From Candidatus Eiseniibacteriota bacterium (lineage in GTDB: Bacteria > Eisenbacteria > RBG-16-71-46 > CAZAMP01): 64,000 bases of DNA. Made by a program: the position numbers and the translations under genes. Where the stretch lies: assembly GCA_965224245.1 (NCBI GenBank), contig OZ245046.1, positions 5,696,001 through 5,760,000 on the forward strand. Reading direction: 5' to 3'. A model generated the notes under the pieces. The model was given only the letters and a program-made list of their open reading frames with translations. It searched no databases and was not told the origin of the DNA. Positions 54,489 through 64,000 of this stretch are shown here, one piece after another; positions within the stretch are counted from its first letter, which is position 1; every line of letters begins with the position of its first letter.

Positions 54489-55301
54489 GTGGATGCGACG
54501 CACGAATTCGCCGGCGAGTCCCGCGCGACGCATGCACCCCCGTTCGAGCTGACCGCCGACTGGTACGACGCGATCTATCGAGCCAAGGCAAAGGACTACG
54601 CCGCCGAGGCACGGGCGGTCCGGCAGATCGCCGCCGAGCACGGGCACGAGCCGGGCGCCGATCTCCTGGACGTCGGATGCGGCACCGGCGAGCACCTTCG
54701 CTTTCTCAGCTGCAGCTTCTGCACGGCCGGCGTCGATCGTTCCGAGGCCATGCTCGCGGTCGCGCGACGCAAGCTACCCGACGTCCCGCTCTTCAAGGCC
54801 GACATGCGGACGTTCGAGCTGTCCGGCACGTTCGACGTCATCGTGAGCCTGTTCGCGTCGGTGGGCTATCTGGAGACACGCGTCGAGATCGAGCGCGCAT
54901 ACGAGCGCCTGGCGGCCCATCTGAGTCCGGGGGGAATCGTCCTCGTCGAGCCCGCCCTATCGGCGAGCGCGCTGGATCCCCCTCAGGCGACCGTCACCCA
55001 CGCCGACGTGGGCGGCATGGTTTGCGAGCGTCGGTCCACCGCCAGGCATGTCGGGAACGCGATCGAGATCGAGTTCTCTTATCGGACCGGCCGATCGACC
55101 ACGGATGAGCGACATCGCATCCGGCTGCACGACGCCAAGGAATGCGTGGAGATCTGGCGGGAGCTCGGCTTCCAGGTCGAGCATCGCCACGTGTCGCCCT
55201 TCGACGCCCCGCTCTGTCTGATCACCAGACCAGCGCCTCCCGAAGGCGACGGCGCGCATCCGTCCACGTCGGACGTCGACGCCGGCGGTCTGGACGTCTA
55301 G
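54489..55301 (+). CDS. Class I SAM-dependent methyltransferase (TylM1/DesVI-like)
   Basis: YDAIY...KDYAAEA, LLDVGCGTG, ADMRTF, SVGYL and HLSPGG..VEP. Confidence 0.85.
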   Translation: MDATHEFAGESRATHAPPFELTADWYDAIYRAKAKDYAAEARAVRQIAAEHGHEPGADLLDVGCGTGEHLRFLSCSFCTAGVDRSEAMLAVARRKLPDVPLFKADMRTFELSGTFDVIVSLFASVGYLETRVEIERAYERLAAHLSPGGIVLVEPALSASALDPPQATVTHADVGGMVCERRSTARHVGNAIEIEFSYRTGRSTTDERHRIRLHDAKECVEIWRELGFQVEHRHVSPFDAPLCLITRPAPPEGDGAHPSTSDVDAGGLDV

Positions 55302-55402
55302 CTCTCCGGAACCGGACCGAGCCGCCGGATCACGAGATCGGGTCCCGCATCGCGGGGCTCACTCCAGGCACTCGGCGGGTCCATGCGACGGGCGGCCGTC
55401 GC

Positions 55403-57160
55403 CTACCACCGGCGAACGAGCTTCCCGCTGACCCGAGCCTCACTCCGCCCGAGGGCGTAGGTGTACACGCCGCTGGCGACAGGCCGGCCGCGCTCGTCTC
55501 GTCCATCCCAGCGCCAGCGGTTGCCCGTCGTGACGGCGCGGCGCACGAGCGCTCCACCCGGGCCGACGATCAGGATCTCGGTGGGTGCGACTCCCGGAAC
55601 GAGCTCGAAGACGACGGTGCCGCGAAACGGTGTGACCGGCGGCCGGGCCAGGAGCGGCATCGTCGACGCCACGTCCCCCGGCACCCCGATCGCCTCGACC
55701 ACGTGGATCGTGATCGACACCACGTCGTTCGTCGGATCGCCGTCCCCGCCGATCGTCGTCGATCCCGTCAGCGTGTATGTCCCCACCGGCGGCGTCCACC
55801 CGAATACGAACGTCTCGGTCACGAGCGCCGCGAACGGCAGGTCGACGCTGGTGGAGCCCCCGCCCGCGTCGCCGCTCAGCTCGACGGTTGCCCCGAGCTG
55901 ATCGTCGAGCCCGAAGTTCGTGGCGATGACGGCCACGTCGATGGGCTGACCCACCTCGATCATGTCGCCGTCGGCAAGGCCGTCGAAGCGGAGCGTACCC
56001 ACGTCGGTGGGCAGCGGCGTGCCCACGAGCCGATCCACGCCGAACTTGCACAGGTAGCTCGTGACCCAGCTCGCATCCTCGGTGTCGGGCTCGACCGACT
56101 GGGCCATGATGCCGCCATCGTCATCGGTGTCGAACGAGAGCAGCCGATCGGCGATGACGATCGCGTTGTCGCGGTACGCCGCATCGCCGAGGATTTCGTA
56201 CACCGCCCAGTGCGCGTTCAGGTAGGCGACGTTCCATGCGGAGTCCCAGTCGAAGCCGGGGATGTCGATCCACTCCTGCCAGGTGTCGAGGAACGGCGCG
56301 TTGGCGGTGAGCCACGCGACGCCCAGCGCGGGATCGTCCGCGAAGACCGAGTTGCAGACGCCCCAGAGGGCGGTGCCGCTGGACATCGCCCAGTACTCGA
56401 GCCCGAGACGCGTGGCCGGATCGAAGTCGAGCCAGCCGAAGACGTCGAGACCCTGAGTGAGGGCCTCCGCCAGGAGCACGGGATCGGAGAGCGCCTCGGC
56501 GTACCGGTAGAGGTTACCCGCGGCCCAGCCCTTCACGAAGGCGTCGAGGCGCTGCTGGTAGGTGGTGCCGTCGGTTAAATCGAGCGGCGTGTCGGCGATG
56601 TACTGGGCGGCGGTGGCCGCGTAGCCGGCGAACGACGCGTCGCCGGTGGCGGCCTCGTACTCCAGAGCGGCCGTCAGGGCCCACGCGCAGTTGTGCACGC
56701 GGTAGTAGTCGTTCCCGGGATCGCCCTCCTCGTCCCAGGCGGGGAAGTTCTGAACGTAGATCCACGCCGCGGCGAGGTTGTCGTCGTAGCTCGTATCCCC
56801 GGTGAGCGCGCGGTAGCGCGACCAGCACCAGATCGCCTCCAGCGTGTTGTCGGTCTGGATGACGCCGCCGAGCGGGCCGCCCTCGGCCTCGATCATGCCG
56901 CCGTAGTCGGGCGATCCCATGTCGGAGACCTGCCACACCGCGAGGAACCCGACGATCTGATCGAACTCGCGGACGTAGTTGAACGGCCCCAGGGGCTCCG
57001 GGATGCCGCGCTGCGAGGGGGGCGTCCGGCCGTGAATCGACTCGTCGTACAGGAAGTCCGGCGTGGACGCCGACGCGGTGCGGGCACCGGCGGCGAGAAG
57101 GAGTGCGATCGGGATCGAGCGGGCCAGTGCGGACGAGCGACCTTGGCGGCGTGCGTACAT
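55403..57160 (-). CDS. Secreted protein: alpha/alpha-toroid-like domain, Ig-like domain and FlgD-like CTD
   Basis: Signal peptide, repeated helical motifs (YRALTGD, YEAATGD, YEILGD), C-terminal WDGRDERG..VASGVY. Confidence 0.7.
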   Translation of the reverse strand: MYARRQGRSSALARSIPIALLLAAGARTASASTPDFLYDESIHGRTPPSQRGIPEPLGPFNYVREFDQIVGFLAVWQVSDMGSPDYGGMIEAEGGPLGGVIQTDNTLEAIWCWSRYRALTGDTSYDDNLAAAWIYVQNFPAWDEEGDPGNDYYRVHNCAWALTAALEYEAATGDASFAGYAATAAQYIADTPLDLTDGTTYQQRLDAFVKGWAAGNLYRYAEALSDPVLLAEALTQGLDVFGWLDFDPATRLGLEYWAMSSGTALWGVCNSVFADDPALGVAWLTANAPFLDTWQEWIDIPGFDWDSAWNVAYLNAHWAVYEILGDAAYRDNAIVIADRLLSFDTDDDGGIMAQSVEPDTEDASWVTSYLCKFGVDRLVGTPLPTDVGTLRFDGLADGDMIEVGQPIDVAVIATNFGLDDQLGATVELSGDAGGGSTSVDLPFAALVTETFVFGWTPPVGTYTLTGSTTIGGDGDPTNDVVSITIHVVEAIGVPGDVASTMPLLARPPVTPFRGTVVFELVPGVAPTEILIVGPGGALVRRAVTTGNRWRWDGRDERGRPVASGVYTYALGRSEARVSGKLVRRW

Positions 57161-57329
57161 CGGGGGGCCTCCGGTGCGTGGCGAGGCGCGCGAGCGCGTC
57201 TCAGGCGTGATCACTCACCTTGACGGCCGATTCTAGCACGCGTGCGGGGACCGAGCGGCCTCGTGGGCGCCGGCTGGTCCCCGTGGATGTCGCGGTCGGG
57301 CGCGGAAGACGGTGCGGAACGACCGATGA

Positions 57330-58016
57330 TCAGTACATCTGACGCAGACGGCTCCACGAGGTCTCGGTGATCGGCGTCCCCATCAGATCGCAGGTCTTGC
57401 AGGTCGGCCCACTACCGTCGACCGAACCGACCGACCAGCCCGTCGGCGGCACCTCGAATTGCTGGGGCTCGAACGGGGGATGGTAGCCGCTCGCGATGTA
57501 CGCGGCTCCGATCCGAGGATCGTCGATGATGGCCAGCCGACCGGCGCTCCCCGCGGCGATGGTGAGGTACCCGACCTTGGCGAAGCCGCTCGGCTGCATG
57601 TAGTCCGCGGATCCCCACGTCATCGCGTTTCCGGTGTGGCTCTCGGGCCACGTCCCGTTCTCGTCGTCCTGTGGGATCTCGTTGCCACCGGTGCAGAGCG
57701 ACCAGCTCAGAACGTCGACCGTGGGATCGTACTCGATGCCGAACTCCACGCCGCCGAGGCCGGGACCGATCGGCCACCCCGGGATGTTCTCCCATCCGTA
57801 GGTGACGAGCCACGCGAACTGATCGACGCCGGTGGCCCCGGCGGCGGCGAGCGCGTCGCAGTCGAGAACGTCGTCGTCGAGCTGGCTGCAGCCGGCGTAG
57901 GAGGCGTCCTCGAAGTGGACCACGAACCCGTACTCGTTGCCCGGGCAGTCACCCTGAGCCAGAGCGGAGGTGGACACGAGAGCGAAGAGGATCAGGATCG
58001 ATGCTGTGAGACGCAT
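57330..58016 (-). CDS. Secreted hypothetical protein with short C-terminal tail TETSWSRLRQMY
   Basis: GGAGG RBS, signal peptide ending ALA-Q, GVEFGIEY motif. Confidence 0.7.
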   Translation of the reverse strand: MRLTASILILFALVSTSALAQGDCPGNEYGFVVHFEDASYAGCSQLDDDVLDCDALAAAGATGVDQFAWLVTYGWENIPGWPIGPGLGGVEFGIEYDPTVDVLSWSLCTGGNEIPQDDENGTWPESHTGNAMTWGSADYMQPSGFAKVGYLTIAAGSAGRLAIIDDPRIGAAYIASGYHPPFEPQQFEVPPTGWSVGSVDGSGPTCKTCDLMGTPITETSWSRLRQMY

Positions 58017-58227
58017 GGCGAGCCTCCCGATTGAATGATGAAGTCCCGGAGGGACACGCATGATTTCACGGTGTCTCGGCATCGTCAACGTAGGGGTGCG
58101 GTCCGGGTCGAATCCTCACGCGACGGGATGCCGGGTCGAGCCGTCGCCGAGGCGAATCGGGCCGTCGCGTTCGCGCGCAGACGAGAAACGGGGCCGGCAC
58201 CTCGAGCGCCGACCCCGTCGTCAACCG

Positions 58228-58257
58228 AAACGAGGGCGAGCGCTCCGTGCGCTCGCC
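58228..58257 (-). terminator. Putative terminator after groEL
   Basis: GGCGAGCGC-N5-GCGCTCGCC stem followed on the minus strand by CTCGTTTC. Confidence 0.5.
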
Positions 58258-58277
58258 GATGAACGGAGCGGGGACGT

Positions 58278-60306
<2,029 letters not shown>

Positions 60307-60437
60307 CGTCGTCTCAGTCCTTTCTGAGTTTCGGGTCGCGACGCCGCCGTCGCGCGTGTCGTTGTGTCGTTTGAGCCTGGCCGGACGTCGCGGTCACGGG
60401 GGACCCGTACCGAACTCCGGGCGGCACTCGCGGGAAT

Positions 60438-60453
60438 TGCACCGGACATGCCA
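60438..60453 (-). promoter_or_regulatory. Sigma54-like promoter for groES-groEL
   Basis: Minus strand TGGCATGTCCGGTGCA fits GG-N10-GC; AT-rich tract about 30-50 bp upstream. Confidence 0.6.
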
Positions 60454-60547
60454 GATCGCCGCCGACTCCTCGGATTCACCAATCCATTTCAAAAGAATGA
60501 CTTACATCGATCGCCGGGGCCCCGGTTCGGTCGGAGGTCCATCGGGA

Positions 60548-60731
60548 TGCCAATCTGGCCAGGCGCGTTCGGTTAGACCCATGCGTCGGTGTCATAATGA
60601 CAGCACCGGGCCGTTCCCCCGACACGACGGCATCTACACCGGGAGACGGCTGGATGTTCCATAGTTCAGTCGTTTGTTCTGTAGTGAGTTAGGAGAAGTA
60701 TCTCAAAATAATACGATTTGCCCAAATGGCA
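60548..60731. promoter_or_regulatory. Three related palindromes, candidate upstream activator sequences
   Basis: TGCCA-ATC-TGGCC at 60548, TGTCA-TAA-TGACA at 60590, TGCCC-AAA-TGGCA at 60719. Confidence 0.55.
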
Positions 60732-60816
60732 TCTGGCCGCGATCCGGATGCGCCTCCCCCGGGCGGCCGCGGGCCTGGCCCGCGGCCCGGGTCGCCTCCG
60801 GATCGTGATCGCGCGG

Positions 60817-61416
60817 TCAGAAGTAGAAGTGGAACCCGAGGTCGGTGCTCTCCACGAAGCTCAAACGGTCGATCGTCGTCTCGATGACGGCCTTCGAGTC
60901 ACCCCCGCCCGCCGGGCTCGTGCTCGTGAACTGGAGCCCGATCCCGGCGCTCAGTGACAGGTTCTCGAACCCCATCCGCCCGAAGAACAGCTCCACTCCC
61001 ATCGACGCGCCGAGGCTCACGCTGGTCTCGGTGTCCTTGTCCTGCTCGATGTCGGGGCCCACGTCCACGACCATCTGGTCGGCGGTGTAGAGGAGCCCGG
61101 GCCGGAAGTAGATGATCATGTTCTCGTCCGAGCGCAGCGGGAGCAGCAGCGCGCCCTCCACCGCCACGCTCGCCAGGCTGGTGGTCCGGGTCATGCCCCC
61201 GGGCCCGACCATCGGGACCTCGTTCTCCGTCCGAAAGCCCACGCCGGCCTCGAAGCCGAGCCCCGGGCCGGTCCAGAATCGCAGCCCGATCGGTGCCTCG
61301 GAGGAGTGGTAGCCGAACCCGAGCATCGCCAGGTGGTCGCTGATGGCATCTTGCGCGGCCACGGGCGAGACGACGACGAGTGCGGCCACGGCGGCCGCTC
61401 GCCAGGATCGGATCAT
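60817..61416 (-). CDS. Small outer-membrane beta-barrel protein
   Basis: Signal peptide ending AA-Q, Gly/aromatic alternating strands, C-terminal GFHFYF. Confidence 0.75.
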   Translation of the reverse strand: MIRSWRAAAVAALVVVSPVAAQDAISDHLAMLGFGYHSSEAPIGLRFWTGPGLGFEAGVGFRTENEVPMVGPGGMTRTTSLASVAVEGALLLPLRSDENMIIYFRPGLLYTADQMVVDVGPDIEQDKDTETSVSLGASMGVELFFGRMGFENLSLSAGIGLQFTSTSPAGGGDSKAVIETTIDRLSFVESTDLGFHFYF

Positions 61417-61471
61417 CGGAGCGCTCCCTTTCTCGGCCGCGCGACGGCACGGGGCCGGTCGCGCGTGGCGG

Positions 61472-62104
61472 TCAGCGTGTGGCGAACTGCTCTTCCACGG
61501 TCGTCGTGGGGGCCACCGCCGCCCACGCCGTCGCGACCGGCGAGCCGGAGCCGTCCAGCGCTCGCTCCGGCAGAACGGCGGCCGCGAAGAGCCCGATTCC
61601 GTCGGTCGGGGGGACGTCGAGCACCACCCGATCTCCGTCGACCGGGGCCACGTTCCAGATCAGGCCGCGGGGCGCACCGGCGTCCTCGAGGCCGGTCCCG
61701 ATGGCGCCCCCACGCGGCGGCAGCTCCGCGACCGTCAGCAGGACGAGCCGGTCACCCTGGGGGGCCACCGACCACGACAGGGACAGACGGTCGCCGGGGG
61801 TGAGGATCCGGGCGGGACCGGTTCCTGCCCCCTCGCTCGCTCCCCGGCCGGGCGCCGCGCGCTCGGTCAGCTCCAGGTGATCGGTCAGCTCCAGAGGACG
61901 GTCCGGGGAGAGCAAGATCCGGGGCTCGGGTGCCGTCTCGTCCAGCCCCACGTCGGTCCGGGCCTGGGCCAGGAGCTCGCTGACGACGGGCGGGGCCAGG
62001 CGGGCGCTCGCCGGCGGGCGCCCGTCGCCGCTCTCGGAGCTCGCGCAGCCGGCCGCCAGCGCGAGAACGGCACCGCAGATCATCGTGAAGCGTGCTGGCA
62101 TCAT
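61472..62104 (-). CDS. Hypothetical lipoprotein
   Basis: MMPARFTMICGAVLALAAGC lipobox with GGAG upstream. Confidence 0.6.
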   Translation of the reverse strand: MMPARFTMICGAVLALAAGCASSESGDGRPPASARLAPPVVSELLAQARTDVGLDETAPEPRILLSPDRPLELTDHLELTERAAPGRGASEGAGTGPARILTPGDRLSLSWSVAPQGDRLVLLTVAELPPRGGAIGTGLEDAGAPRGLIWNVAPVDGDRVVLDVPPTDGIGLFAAAVLPERALDGSGSPVATAWAAVAPTTTVEEQFATR

Positions 62105-62229
62105 CGATCGGGCTCCCCCGGGCTCGGCGGACGGGTCTCGGAATGGACAGCGCGGGAGTCTAGGAGTGTCCGACGTGCGGGTCAACGACTTGTCCGATCG
62201 GGATCCCGAGCCCGATCGCCGGACGGCAC

Positions 62230-63612
<1,383 letters not shown>

Positions 63613-63650
63613 CGCGGATCACCTCGGCGGCAGATAACTGACACTCAGCT

Positions 63651-63666
63651 AGGCACATCCATTGCA
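63651..63666 (+). promoter_or_regulatory. Sigma54-like promoter divergent from the activator gene
   Basis: AGGCACATCCATTGCA fits GG-N10-GC. Confidence 0.55.
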
Positions 63667-63816
63667 CTGCGTGCGGCCGTGCGCCTGGTGTGGGGGCCTC
63701 GGCTTCCCACGTGCGGTTGGGCTGCTCCGAAACGAGGCGGAGACGTCACTCCAACGGCGATCGGGAGCATTGCAAGACACCACTAGCGTTGCAACCTGCA
63801 AAAGGGGGGCATCCTC

Positions 63817-64000
63817 ATGGGCAGCACGAGCGCGGTTCGGAGCGGCTCAGCTCAACTGCTGGAGCGCCTGGAGACGATCGTCTCCGGATTCAACGGCTAT
63901 CGCGAGATCGATGACCGACGGGACGACGACGCCCGCGTCCGCCTGGAGGTGTGCGAGCGGCTCGATCGGGTCCAGGCGCTTCTGGAGGACTACCTTCTCG
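63817..64000 (+). CDS. Hypothetical protein, truncated at the window end
   Basis: AAGGGGGG RBS, ATG at 63817, open to the end (MGSTSAVRSGSAQLLERLETIVSGFNGYREIDDRRDDDARVR...). Confidence 0.6.
   Translation, partial: MGSTSAVRSGSAQLLERLETIVSGFNGYREIDDRRDDDARVRLEVCERLDRVQALLEDYLL

Noticed and set aside
60421-60445. CIRCE element upstream of groES
   Set aside because: Only one half-site (GGCACTC) is present; there is no matching arm at 9-bp spacing.

Overview
High-GC bacterial chromosomal window with mostly housekeeping and envelope genes. It holds an Rrf2-headed SUF Fe-S operon, two ABC systems, an FKBP PPIase, a gamma-glutamyltransferase, an RCK K+ channel, a cystathionine lyase with fRMsr, a TonB-dependent receptor cluster, arcC, serS-apaG, dacA/DUF2723/M48, aspC, lipAB, a sigma54 two-component system, fabI, neuC, groES-groEL and a second sigma54 activator. 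Several secreted proteins end in FlgD/T9SS-like domains and one ends in a 'TSWxx(I/L)(K/R)xxY'-type tail, which suggests an FCB-group lineage such as Eisenbacteria, Krumholzibacteriota or Latescibacterota (inference). The main observations not visible in the ORF track are: (1) a CxxU Rdx/SelW-type selenoprotein gene with a SECIS-like hairpin heading the apaG-serS run; (2) a sigma54 promoter followed by about 330 nt of ORF-free, internally duplicated, highly base-paired sequence, a candidate novel ncRNA downstream of a kinase/sigma54 regulator/coiled-coil/beta-barrel operon; (3) groESL with a sigma54 promoter and three TG(C/T)CA-N3-TG(A/G)CA-like palindromes instead of CIRCE, near an activator with a degenerate receiver domain; (4) four Pho-box-like repeats at an 11-bp period ahead of the beta-helix protein/TonB receptor/lipoprotein cluster. 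No CRISPR array, tRNA, rRNA or mobile element was recognised.
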